Shown: positions 30,072 through 39,429, numbered from the stretch's first letter. The stretch is DNA of 64,000 nucleotides from Nitrosopumilus sp. (GCA_028439825.1 JAMHKV010000002.1:27523-91522), one strand, 5' to 3'. Program-made: numbers and translations. Notes: a model not told the origin generated them from the letters alone.

Positions 30072-31153
30072 ATTACATCCTTTAACGAGTAACGGAATAA
30101 GTCTATCGATCCTTCAGGATCATGCAATAATGAAGATACTGCAAACATGATTGGCAATAGGACAATGATATTGTATGGGAAAGTAATTCCCAACGCAGAT
30201 GTAATGTAAAGACTAGGATTGGCCTGTGGAATCGCATTACGCAAAACAGCTGGAGCTGCAATAAATGAAGCACTGGCTAAAAGAAGTCCAAACATAACGG
30301 AGCCTCCCATGCTGAGACCCATCAAAGTGGCAACTACAACTCCAATAATTCCATTAAAAGTAGGCATGATTATAGAAAATGAAATAAGAAAAATGCCAAC
30401 TTTTTTGAGATCATCCAATCTCTGACCTGCAATAATTCCCATTTCAATCATAAAAATCACAATTGCCCCGGTAAACAAATCATCAAAAACAATTTTGATA
30501 GGACCAAACCCTTCCTTACCAATAATATATCCAATCACAATACTACCAAGTAAGATAACTATAGCTTTGCCAGTAACGGATTCACGTAGTATTTTTGAAA
30601 GTTTTACTTTTGTTTCGTTTAATCCGACATCAATATCAGATTTAGAACCAGTAGTGAAAGATTGTTTTTTGGCATTAATCTGTTTAGATACGGCCATGTT
30701 TGTCAAAAATATTGCCAAGATAAATGCAACAGGTTCTAAAACTGCCAAAACTGCTGCAAGATAACCCTCAGATGTCACTCCCTGATTTTTAAGAAAAGAT
30801 AATCCAACTGAAAAGGTTACAGCGCCCACTGCACCATAAGTAGATGCCAATGCATAAGAGTCAAAAATATTGAATTTTCCTAATTTACGTAAAATTTGAT
30901 AATGGTTTAAGGTAAACAACAATGAAAGTGCAATTGCAACCAACATAGGAACAAGCATATTTTCAAATCCAGTAGTTCTCATCTGGATTCCTCCATGAAG
31001 TCCAATTGCTGCAAGAAGATAGATTGGTAAAAATTCAGATATTGCCTGTGGAATTTTTAAATCAGATTTTATTCTCGCTGCAATTATTCCAAATAGAAAA
31101 AATAGAACTATCGGAGTAAGAAGATTCGATTGGATTAGTTGTAAAATATCCAT
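30068..31153 (-). CDS. sbtA: sodium-dependent bicarbonate transporter (SbtA/DUF897 family)
   Basis: KSDLKIP, YLL.AIGL.GG, YG.V.AVTF, ASASFIAAPA, LGITFP.N. Confidence 0.88.
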   Translation of the reverse strand: MDILQLIQSNLLTPIVLFFLFGIIAARIKSDLKIPQAISEFLPIYLLAAIGLHGGIQMRTTGFENMLVPMLVAIALSLLFTLNHYQILRKLGKFNIFDSYALASTYGAVGAVTFSVGLSFLKNQGVTSEGYLAAVLAVLEPVAFILAIFLTNMAVSKQINAKKQSFTTGSKSDIDVGLNETKVKLSKILRESVTGKAIVILLGSIVIGYIIGKEGFGPIKIVFDDLFTGAIVIFMIEMGIIAGQRLDDLKKVGIFLISFSIIMPTFNGIIGVVVATLMGLSMGGSVMFGLLLASASFIAAPAVLRNAIPQANPSLYITSALGITFPYNIIVLLPIMFAVSSLLHDPEGSIDLFRYSLKDVI

Positions 31154-31199
31154 TAGTAATGTTTGTGGAAAAAATTGCTGAAATAAAAATCAATGTAAA

Positions 31200-32186
31200 C
31201 TATACAAAGAGATGAATCAGATAAGTAAATCCAATTCCCAATCCAGCTGCACCAGGGATGGTAATTATCCATGAGAAAATAATTTGTCTGCTTACTTTCC
31301 ATCTTACAGCTCGTTTTCGTCTAGCAGCACCAGATCCCATAATTGTTCCTGTAATAGCATGAGTGGTACTGGCAGGTATTCCCAATACTGCAAAAGCTGC
31401 CAACATTATACCGCCACCTGTTTCTGCTGCAAATCCTTGATATGGTTTAAGTTTAGTAATTTTAACTCCCAATGTTTTGATTACTTTGTATCCACCAAAG
31501 AAAGTACCAAGTCCCATGGCAGCTGCTGCAGCAAAAATTACCCAAATAGGTATGTCAAGTTCAGGAATCATTCCTGTAGAAAATAAAATTAAAGCAATAA
31601 TACCCATAGTTTTTTGGCCGTCATTTGCACCATGAGTTAAAGCAAACCATGCTGAAGAAATAATTTGCAATCTACCAAATGTTTTGTTTACAGGCGCAGG
31701 TTTACGATTTGCAAATATTGTTATTATTAAGCCAGTTAACAAAAGACCAACAATTAGTCCTCCAATTGGAGCAATTACAATTCCTGCAAAAACTTTTGAT
31801 AATCCACCATAAACTAATTTTTCAAATCCTAATCCTGCAACTCCCGCACCCATTATTCCACCTACTAAAGAATGACTGTTAGAAATTGGCAATCCAAAAT
31901 AAGTACAAAGTGTACTCCATCCAATTGCACCTGCCAATCCACCTACGATTATGTACACGGTGATATCATCGGGTTGAACAATTCCTTTTGCAATTGTTGT
32001 TGCAACTGCAACTCCAAAAATTAGTGGACCGATGAAATTCATTATAGCAGATAAAGTTACAGCATGGAGTGGTTTTAAAACACGAGTCCCAATTACTGTC
32101 GCAACTGAATTTGCAGAGTCATTAAACCCATTTACAAAATCAAAGATTAATGCTACAATAATTGCACCTATTGCTATCTCTAACAT
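31200..32186 (-). CDS. PiT-family inorganic phosphate transporter
   Basis: NGFNDSAN.VAT, HGANDGQKTMG, P.STTH. Confidence 0.95.
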   Translation of the reverse strand: MLEIAIGAIIVALIFDFVNGFNDSANSVATVIGTRVLKPLHAVTLSAIMNFIGPLIFGVAVATTIAKGIVQPDDITVYIIVGGLAGAIGWSTLCTYFGLPISNSHSLVGGIMGAGVAGLGFEKLVYGGLSKVFAGIVIAPIGGLIVGLLLTGLIITIFANRKPAPVNKTFGRLQIISSAWFALTHGANDGQKTMGIIALILFSTGMIPELDIPIWVIFAAAAAMGLGTFFGGYKVIKTLGVKITKLKPYQGFAAETGGGIMLAAFAVLGIPASTTHAITGTIMGSGAARRKRAVRWKVSRQIIFSWIITIPGAAGLGIGFTYLIHLFV

Positions 32187-32195
32187 CTAATCATC

Positions 32196-32825
32196 TCAGG
32201 TATATTTCAGTACGATATCTTCAACAACATCTGCAACATCGACACATCTGTCTGAGGCAGTTTCCATCGTTTCGTAGATATCTTTTAGTTTGATGATTTT
32301 AATTGCATCATCACTTTCAAATAGTTCTCTAATTGCCTCTCTATACAAATCATCAACAGTGTGTTCAATATCACTAGTATTTCGGCAATGTTGAATCATA
32401 TCTTTAGGATCTTTAATTCGTTGTAATTTTGAAACCATATATTCAACTTCTTTGGTAGCCTTAACCAACTCTATGGCCATTTCTTTACAGTATGGTGGAG
32501 GAGAAGTAATTTTGTAACTATACACTCTAGCAGCAATACCATCCATGAAATCAATCACATCATCTATTTTTGATGCAATTCTTTGCATGTCTTCACGATC
32601 TAATGGAGTAATGAAAGTTCTATTTAGTTCAGAAAAAATATCTCTTGTTAAAACATCGGCTTCTGTTTCAAGTCTGTGAATTTTTTGAGATTGTTCAGCA
32701 TTATTAAGGTCATCAAATAAAACAACAACTGCTTCAGAGGTTTCAACGGATTTTTTTGCTAAATTAGTTAAAAGTAATAAAAGTTCTTTTTCATTAGATT
32801 TTACCCATGATAACCATTGTCCCAT
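32196..32825 (-). CDS. DUF47 (PhoU-like) Pit accessory protein
   Basis: LETEAD, TFITPLDRED, D.C.DVAD. Confidence 0.92.
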   Translation of the reverse strand: MGQWLSWVKSNEKELLLLLTNLAKKSVETSEAVVVLFDDLNNAEQSQKIHRLETEADVLTRDIFSELNRTFITPLDREDMQRIASKIDDVIDFMDGIAARVYSYKITSPPPYCKEMAIELVKATKEVEYMVSKLQRIKDPKDMIQHCRNTSDIEHTVDDLYREAIRELFESDDAIKIIKLKDIYETMETASDRCVDVADVVEDIVLKYT

Positions 32826-32935
32826 AATAACATCAAGTGTGTTTTGAAGTTAAGGCATATCACCATAAAGTATATTGTTCTATATAGAAACAGTTGATCG
32901 CAAATATTTTTCTTTGAGGGTATTTTGGAAAAAAA

Positions 32936-33721
32936 TTAAAATGGTTTGTTTACTTCTCGAGTAAAAACATAACTTGTAACTGCCACCATAGCAAGTACAA
33001 ATCCAAACAGCACAGCAATACTGATCCATATAGGAACACCACCTTCAGAAACACCAGTCATTAATTCTCTAACCAGTAAAACAGTGTAGGTGACAGGGTT
33101 TAATTTTGCAATTACTGCAAGCCAGTTTGGCAATAATTCTAATGGAAACAATGCAGGGCTCAACATGAACAATGGCATTCCAAGTAAATTTATCATCCCC
33201 CAAAAAGTTTCTTGAGATTTTGCAGTTGCTGCAAGACTGACAGATATTCCAGAAAAACCCAGTGAGAACAAAATAACAATCCCCATTATTGGAATAATCA
33301 TTAATGGGTTTGGAAATGTAACGCCAATTGCCAAAGCAATTCCAATAATCAAACTTGCTTGTAAGGCAGCAATTAAAGAAATAGCAGCCATTTTTCCCAA
33401 AGCAATCGCAGAACGTGAAATTGGAGAAGTTAGTGCCTTATTCATAAAACCATACCTCCTATCCCAAAGTGTGTTAACTCCGCCAAAGATACTTGTAAAA
33501 ATTGCAGTCAAGATGATAACACCAGGAGCCATAAATTCAATATATTCGCCTTCAAACCCTACAGATTGAATCAAGGGTTGAGTTTCTGAAAAAATATTTC
33601 CAACTACAATTATCCAAATAGCAGGCTGAATTAATCTAATTAAAACACCACTTCTAGACTTTTTGTATCGCTTTAACTCACGCCAAAAAATCGTATACGT
33701 GTCATACATGATACTGTTCAT
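32936..33721 (-). CDS. ABC-2 type exporter permease
   Basis: FMAPG, DRRYGF, P..LSPALFP...LP.WL...A..NP.TY. Confidence 0.92.
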   Translation of the reverse strand: MNSIMYDTYTIFWRELKRYKKSRSGVLIRLIQPAIWIIVVGNIFSETQPLIQSVGFEGEYIEFMAPGVIILTAIFTSIFGGVNTLWDRRYGFMNKALTSPISRSAIALGKMAAISLIAALQASLIIGIALAIGVTFPNPLMIIPIMGIVILFSLGFSGISVSLAATAKSQETFWGMINLLGMPLFMLSPALFPLELLPNWLAVIAKLNPVTYTVLLVRELMTGVSEGGVPIWISIAVLFGFVLAMVAVTSYVFTREVNKPF

Positions 33722-34737
33722 GCCCGTAACCTCTTCATTTTTGCATGTTCAATTTTTCGATTAAATTTTGACTTGTCATCTCTAATTTCATGTCCAGTGT
33801 AAGAAATGAAAACATCGTCAAGGGTAGGTTGTGTTAGAGAAAGGGTAACAATTTTAATTCCAAGATCAGATGAAATTTGAAAAATTTTTGGAATAACTTC
33901 TGTCCCATTGGAGGTAAAAAGAATTAATTTTAAATCCTCCTCATTAATTTTTTTGATAAATTCAATCTTGTTTAGTTCTGCTAAAAATAAATCATGATTG
34001 TCATTATTTTCTACAACTAGTGAAATAATTTCATTGCCCAAAGCATTTTTCATATTTTGGGGGGAATCAATGACTTGAATCTTTCCACCGTCTATAATTC
34101 CAATTCTATCACACAGGTTATCTGCCTCTTCCATGTAGTGAGTAGTAAGAAAAATAGTCATATCAAATTCAATGTGAATTTTTTTAATATATTGCCAAAT
34201 TTTCCTTCTAGTTTGAATATCTAATCCAACAGTAGGTTCATCAAGGAACAAGACTTTTGGGTGATGCAAAAGCCCTCCAGCAATGTCCAATCTTTTTCTC
34301 ATGCCGCCAGAATATGTAACTACAGCTTGATGTTGTTTATCCGAAAGTTCAATTAACTCCAAAACTTCATCAATTCTTTTGTTAATTTCATTTTTTGGAA
34401 TATGATTTAATTTTGCTTGCAATAATAGATTTTCGCGACCAGTAAGATATTCATCAACAGTGGTTTCTTGTTGAACAAAGCCAATATTTTCTCTAACATG
34501 TTTGGCATCTTTCATCACATCAAAACCTGCAATCAAAGCTTTTCCGGATGTGGGTTTTAGTAAAGTGGTAAAGATCATCATTGTCGTACTTTTTCCAGCA
34601 CCATTAGGTCCCAAAAATCCAAAAATCTCTCCTTTTTGTACTGAAAAAGAAACATCGTTTACTGCAACTAGATCTCCAAAGGACTTGGTGAGAGATGTTG
34701 TTTCAATAGAATACAATAATTCGATCCCCTCTGGCAA
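33718..34737 (-). CDS. ABC exporter ATP-binding subunit (DrrA-like)
   Basis: GPNGAGKST, YSGGMRKRL, LDEPT.GLD, TTHYMEEAD. Confidence 0.95.
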   Translation of the reverse strand: MPEGIELLYSIETTSLTKSFGDLVAVNDVSFSVQKGEIFGFLGPNGAGKSTTMMIFTTLLKPTSGKALIAGFDVMKDAKHVRENIGFVQQETTVDEYLTGRENLLLQAKLNHIPKNEINKRIDEVLELIELSDKQHQAVVTYSGGMRKRLDIAGGLLHHPKVLFLDEPTVGLDIQTRRKIWQYIKKIHIEFDMTIFLTTHYMEEADNLCDRIGIIDGGKIQVIDSPQNMKNALGNEIISLVVENNDNHDLFLAELNKIEFIKKINEEDLKLILFTSNGTEVIPKIFQISSDLGIKIVTLSLTQPTLDDVFISYTGHEIRDDKSKFNRKIEHAKMKRLRA

Positions 34738-34809
34738 TTATAAATTGCTAAGTATTAGATCAAAGACTAATCATAAAAAATTTAAAAAGAGTATTTTGAG
34801 AACAAACAC

Positions 34810-34902
34810 ATGAAAGGATTGTGTCAAAAATGTCACTCATCTAATGTAGAGATAACACTTGAGGATGGAAGTCCTGTTTGTGTAAAGTGTGCAAAAAAGT
34901 AG
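34810..34902 (+). CDS. 30-aa Zn-finger microprotein (not in ORF track)
   Basis: MKGLCQKCHSSNVEITLEDGSPVCVKCAKK, CxxC-x15-CxxC; TTTAAAAA box about 30 bp upstream. Confidence 0.6.
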   Translation: MKGLCQKCHSSNVEITLEDGSPVCVKCAKK

Positions 34903-35044
34903 AGTAGAATAAAAAAGAGTATCAAAGAATCATTCAAAATTTTTCTTTAGTTATTCCTAAGATAATTTTATGCGTATTCTCATTATTTGAAATATCAAGA
35001 ATTTCTATCAATGAGGTTAAATTACTTAAGAGGATATTAGAAGT

Positions 35045-35374
35045 ATGAAAATAGTAGAAGAAAGATTCAGACCAATTTTAGTTACAAAGGGAAGAAAGAC
35101 AGGAAAGTCACATTCAGTATGGCTAAGAGCAGTGAAATATAATGAAAAAATTTATTTTTCAAGACATCGTCCAGACGGAGATTGGTTTCAAAATGCAATG
35201 GTAAATTCAGAGGTGAAAATTCAATACAATAACACAGAATTCACAGGAAAGGCATCGCTAGTTACAGATGAAAAACTGAATCAAAAAATTTCTCAGTTAA
35301 AGTATCCAGGAGAGAAACGAGCTGACGAAAAAAGAGTTGCTATAGAAGTTACATTAAATTCAGAAAACAAATAA
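35045..35374 (+). CDS. split-barrel F420/flavin-dependent nitroreductase-like protein (DDN family)
   Basis: L.TKGRKTGK...V.L, DWFQN...N.EV.I. Confidence 0.75.
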   Translation: MKIVEERFRPILVTKGRKTGKSHSVWLRAVKYNEKIYFSRHRPDGDWFQNAMVNSEVKIQYNNTEFTGKASLVTDEKLNQKISQLKYPGEKRADEKRVAIEVTLNSENK

Positions 35375-35409
35375 AAAATTCCAAGATAAGGGTTATGAAA
35401 TAATACTAG

Positions 35410-35994
35410 TTAGAAAATATCTTCGTAAACAATAGTCTGGTTCTTTAATTGTTTATCAAGAGTTGGCAAATATTTCATTATGCAGTAATTAACAAAATCA
35501 CTAAATGAACGAATTCGGTAATCAGATTCTAAAACTTCATGATGTTTATCATAATATTGTTCTAAATTGTATAATGTTCTTTTTTGTAATGGAACCAATC
35601 TATTACGTTTAGTGATAAATTTGGGAGTTACAGGAATTTCATTTTCTGAATCTAATTCAGATTCTACTTCAGATTCTCCTTTCAGAGTATTAAGATCAAT
35701 TGTTTCTTGCATTTCAAAGACAAAAATTTTACTTTTGATTGATTTTGGAAGTCCTGAATTTTTAGAAATTATATCTATAACTTCTCGTGCAACTTTATCA
35801 GACATTGCCAATTCGATTTTTGCAAGCATAGTAGACCGAACTACAGATCCACCAACTCTAGATCCTTTTGATTGACTTGTAAATCTACTATCTTCTAAAT
35901 TTCGTTTATCGATAATATCAATGCCCAAAGCATCTAATTTTTCACGAATTGCAGGGTAATTTTTTCGATTAATTATAGCCTCGATTTTTTTCAA
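35410..35994 (-). CDS. degenerate PII-family protein with a C-terminal extension (probable TTG start at 35994)
   Basis: (M)KKIEAII...KIELAMSDK.A.EVIDII...KIFV is the GlnB/K pattern; about 90 extra C-terminal residues. Confidence 0.75.
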   Translation of the reverse strand: MKKIEAIINRKNYPAIREKLDALGIDIIDKRNLEDSRFTSQSKGSRVGGSVVRSTMLAKIELAMSDKVAREVIDIISKNSGLPKSIKSKIFVFEMQETIDLNTLKGESEVESELDSENEIPVTPKFITKRNRLVPLQKRTLYNLEQYYDKHHEVLESDYRIRSFSDFVNYCIMKYLPTLDKQLKNQTIVYEDIF

Positions 35995-36012
35995 CAGTTC
36001 AAAAAAATATTT

Positions 36013-36167
36013 TTTGTTTTTAAATCTAACGATCACATCATAATAACTAGAATACACAGATACATTCCAAGGTTGAATCTAATTATTGAAATTTCAAATC
36101 CTAAAAATTTAGATTCAATATTATCTATTAACGATAGTGATGAAATTATTAGAGTAATCGGAAGTTG
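36013..36167 (-). pseudogene. decayed C-terminal half of a CFI-box-CTERM domain
   Basis: minus strand reads LPITLIISSLSLIDNIESKFLGFEISIIRFNLGMYLCILVI then a stop/5-nt shift then VIVRFKNKK, versus LGLTPMLSSLAIMESADSESEVLGLGLSVIALNLGMYLGVPAIVVVGIRKR in the upstream gene; 17 bp identical (36058-36074 = 36662-36678). Confidence 0.75.
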
Positions 36168-36319
36168 GTTATTTTTTTAAAAAAAATTGGTTTTTTGGCG
36201 TTAATCTGCCATATATCATACCAGTCCACACGTGTACCATACAGGTTGGAGAGAATCGTAACTGTGATGGTTGGATTTTGGTTAATGTTGCATACTTTTC
36301 ATGTGGCATTTGGTTTTTT

Positions 36320-36570
36320 GGTTTTGGTTTGGTTTTGCGGCCTATTGCTACCTTTTGGTACAAAAAAACGCACATAGGTTTTGGTTTGGTTTTGGTTTTA
36401 TGACATCCTATTCAATTTGGCATCAAACCAGGCGCAAAATGCTCTGATTTGGTGTTTTGGTATTGATTGTTTTTTTTGGTTTTAGTTTGGTTTTAGTCAA
36501 AAAAAGCACCTTTTGCAATCGTGCCTGTGTGCAAATAGCATCAAAACCACTTGGTTTTGGTTTGGTTTTG
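36320..36570. repeat. interspersed 18-bp repeat GGTTTTGGTTTGGTTTTG
   Basis: exact copies at 36320, 36377 and 36553; 16/18 copy at 36478. Confidence 0.9.
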
Positions 36571-36615
36571 TGATCTACAGCATTCCAGAAAACATTATCA
36601 AATCGTATCTGATTT

Positions 36616-38136
36616 TTAGATTCTCTTTCTAATTCCAACTACAACAATAGCCGGAACACCAAGATACATTCCAAGGTTTAGTGCGATTACTGAGAGTCCG
36701 AGTCCTAGAACCTCCGACTCAGAGTCTGCGCTCTCCATGATTGCAAGTGATGACAGCATCGGAGTCAGTCCGAGTTTTACGACTTCCTTGAACATCGGAT
36801 TCTCTCTTTCCATGTCAGCTATTGCTGGTGAGAACGAATAGTAGACATTGTTGAATGCTCCCATGAATGCAGTTCCTGATTCGGTGTTCATCAGCTGGTT
36901 GTCACGAATTTCCCTGAGCATCTGAACCTGCGGAGACATTTCTGAGCCGTATGCCGCTGTTGCGATTAGACAGCCGCCGCCCTCTTCAGTGGATTCATTT
37001 TCAGTGGATGTCATTATAGAAGATTCTTGTGAAAGTATTCTAAAAGAATCCAAGGATTCCTGAAATTTTGAAATATCATTATTAAAATTATCAACTGTGT
37101 TACTATATGCAAATGTATATGATTTTTGTTCTGAAAGTATCATTACTTCTAAGAATTTAATTTGTAATATTTTATCATCAACTTCAAAATTTCCAATAGC
37201 TTCTGTTTGATACACATTAAGTTTAATTTTTTCTTGTTCAAGTATTTCTAATTTATTTAGATAGACTGCTTCAGCAAGAACATTATTTTTTTCTGTAATT
37301 AACTCATCAATAGTTTTATCACCTTGATCTTCAATTGTTAATGAAATTACAGGGTTTATTCCATCAATTTTGGGACCAACTGCGGCAACATCTGGTGCTC
37401 CAGTAATATTACCATCTGGTTGTTGTAGTAACCAACCTACTGGTGCACTAAATGTAATACCAAGTTCTTGACTTTCAAAAATTGGATCACTAATTTGTTC
37501 TGTTGTTGGAGTTACAATTCCTGTTCGTTCTGGTTCTACATATGGAATATATCCTGAAACAGTAGCAGTAGGGATAATTGTAGTTTTGATAATTCTAACT
37601 TCCTCTGGATCTACTGGTCTATCACTAGTTCCAGTTCTAACTGCTGTAATTTTATCAAGTGTTTCAAAACTTTCTCCTGATGCAAGTCTTCCAAATGCAG
37701 TGTATTCTCCATCAAGAAAATTTGAATCTTGATGAACAATAAAGAATTGTGAGCCTGCGCTATTTGGATCGGCAGATCTTGCCATTGAAACAATACCACG
37801 ATTATGTTTAATATTATTAAATTCTGCATCTAATTTTGTATCAGGGCCACCTTGTCCCCAAGTACTTGGATCACCATCTTTTGTATTAGGATCTCCACCT
37901 TGAATCATAAATCCTGGAATTATTCTATGAAATAGTGTATTCTCGTAATATCCATTACTACTTAAAACAAGAAAATTTTTGACATGTTCTGTTGCATCAG
38001 CTACAAATAATTCTATTACAATATTTCCTAGACTAGTTTCAATTAAAACTACAGGCTCTTCTGTTAATGCAAATGAATAATTTCCAAATCCAATTAAAAT
38101 TAAGAAAATAGTAAATGTAAAAATAATTTTATTCAA
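36616..38136 (-). CDS. secreted cyclophilin-type PPIase with a PsbP-like middle domain and CFI-box-CTERM anchor
   Basis: signal peptide, FHRIIPGFMIQGGDP, SMAR...NSAGSQFFI, C-terminal GGGCLIATAAYGSE..PQVQ.LRE.RD plus TM and basic tail. Confidence 0.92.
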   Translation of the reverse strand: MNKIIFTFTIFLILIGFGNYSFALTEEPVVLIETSLGNIVIELFVADATEHVKNFLVLSSNGYYENTLFHRIIPGFMIQGGDPNTKDGDPSTWGQGGPDTKLDAEFNNIKHNRGIVSMARSADPNSAGSQFFIVHQDSNFLDGEYTAFGRLASGESFETLDKITAVRTGTSDRPVDPEEVRIIKTTIIPTATVSGYIPYVEPERTGIVTPTTEQISDPIFESQELGITFSAPVGWLLQQPDGNITGAPDVAAVGPKIDGINPVISLTIEDQGDKTIDELITEKNNVLAEAVYLNKLEILEQEKIKLNVYQTEAIGNFEVDDKILQIKFLEVMILSEQKSYTFAYSNTVDNFNNDISKFQESLDSFRILSQESSIMTSTENESTEEGGGCLIATAAYGSEMSPQVQMLREIRDNQLMNTESGTAFMGAFNNVYYSFSPAIADMERENPMFKEVVKLGLTPMLSSLAIMESADSESEVLGLGLSVIALNLGMYLGVPAIVVVGIRKRI

Positions 38137-38209
38137 TATTTTTAAAAAAAATATCTCACTTAAAAGGTAATTGTATTAGTTTTTAACAAAGTCAAATAAA
38201 TATTCCAAT

Positions 38210-38701
38210 ATGGAGCATGATGAAAAAATTCAAGCACATTTAGTTTCAGTTTGGAGGGAATCTAAAAAATTCTTCTCAGTTGGCGGAAGGGAAGGAATGT
38301 TAGTTTTAACTGATAAGCATTTGACATATGTCCATAAAACAGAATCAAAGATGAATTGGTGGAAAGCTATCACGCAAAGACAAGTAATTAATTTTATAAA
38401 ATCAAAAGATACAATGATTCATCATGATGGTTATGACGAAAAAGAACTTTCAAATGATTTAGAAAATAGTAAAAATGTTGAATTAGTATTTGATGATATT
38501 AAGAAAATTAGTTTTGAAGAAAAAACTTGGGGCAGTGCTTTGTATTTAGAATATGAAAAGGATGGTAAAAAAGAAAATTATCAATACGCAATAGCCCAAG
38601 ACTGGGTAAAATATCCTATCAAGGAGCCTACAAAGTTCATGAAGGTAGATTGGGCACCATTTGTTCAATATATTAAAGAAAGGCAAAAATTTACTAAATA
38701 A
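38210..38701 (+). CDS. conserved hypothetical protein (possible PH/GRAM-like fold)
   Basis: G.LVLTDKHL.Y motif. Confidence 0.65.
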   Translation: MEHDEKIQAHLVSVWRESKKFFSVGGREGMLVLTDKHLTYVHKTESKMNWWKAITQRQVINFIKSKDTMIHHDGYDEKELSNDLENSKNVELVFDDIKKISFEEKTWGSALYLEYEKDGKKENYQYAIAQDWVKYPIKEPTKFMKVDWAPFVQYIKERQKFTK

Positions 38702-38703
38702 AA

Positions 38704-39420
38704 ATGGGAAAAGTTTTTGCTGTTGGTGTTGGTCCAGGTTCACCCAAATATGTAACAGAAATTGTAAAGGAAATTCTTCAAAATTGTGATATTGTGATTG
38801 GTTACAAATACACGCTAAAAACAATAGAGAAACTAATTGAAAATAAAGAAATCTATGAGATAACTATGAATGATCAAGAAAAATCTTATCAAAAAATACT
38901 TCCTGAGCTTGGTGATAGGACATTAGTAATTCCATTTACAGGTGATGTAAATTTTTCAGAATCTGAAGTCGTTGATAGATTAATAGAAATTTTTGGAGAA
39001 GTGGAAATTATTCCAGGAATAAGTTCAATTCAAGTTGCGGCATCAAGGACCAAAGTGCCTTTGGATAAATCTAAAGTGATTACAATGCATGTTACAACTC
39101 CAATTGAAGATAAAAAATTAGAACTACAAAAAGCATTGATAGATGGGTTTAGTGTCGTTTTAGTTCCTAGACCATGGCCAAAACAACCAGACAAACATTT
39201 TATGCCATCTGAAATAGCAATTTATCTTAGAGAAAATGGTTTTGATACTGCTAAAATGAAAGTTCACGTTTTTGAATCAATTACAAATGAAAATGAAACC
39301 CACTTTGAAGGAAAAGTAAAGGATCTAGAAGGAAAGGAATTTTCTGATTTATCTGTAATGGTGTTTAATCAAGCAAGTTTAGATTCTTACATGAATTATA
39401 GATGGCAATGGGAAAATTAA
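38704..39420 (+). CDS. cbiE: cobalt-precorrin-7 / precorrin-6Y C5-methyltransferase
   Basis: VGVGPGS, TGD..FS, IIPGISSIQVAA. Confidence 0.8.
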   Translation: MGKVFAVGVGPGSPKYVTEIVKEILQNCDIVIGYKYTLKTIEKLIENKEIYEITMNDQEKSYQKILPELGDRTLVIPFTGDVNFSESEVVDRLIEIFGEVEIIPGISSIQVAASRTKVPLDKSKVITMHVTTPIEDKKLELQKALIDGFSVVLVPRPWPKQPDKHFMPSEIAIYLRENGFDTAKMKVHVFESITNENETHFEGKVKDLEGKEFSDLSVMVFNQASLDSYMNYRWQWEN

Positions 39421-39429
39421 TCATCTAAA

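Noticed and set aside
35995-36057. N-terminal extension of the PII-like ORF in the track
   Set aside because: Overlaps the decayed CFI-box tail; PII homology starts at TTG 35994.
36320-36570. 18-bp interspersed repeat as a mini-CRISPR
   Set aside because: Repeat is short and low-complexity, spacers are very uneven (39, 83, 57 bp), and there are no cas genes; kept as an unexplained repeat instead.
36165-36638. Short ORFs 36165-36377, 36169-36375 and 36423-36638 (KPKPK or FGLVW rich)
   Set aside because: Translations of the GGTTTT repeats with no recognisable protein features.
36058-36678. 17-bp direct repeat as a target-site duplication or att core
   Set aside because: Homology extends on both sides at protein level, so it is the best-preserved part of a decayed duplicate tail rather than a discrete TSD.
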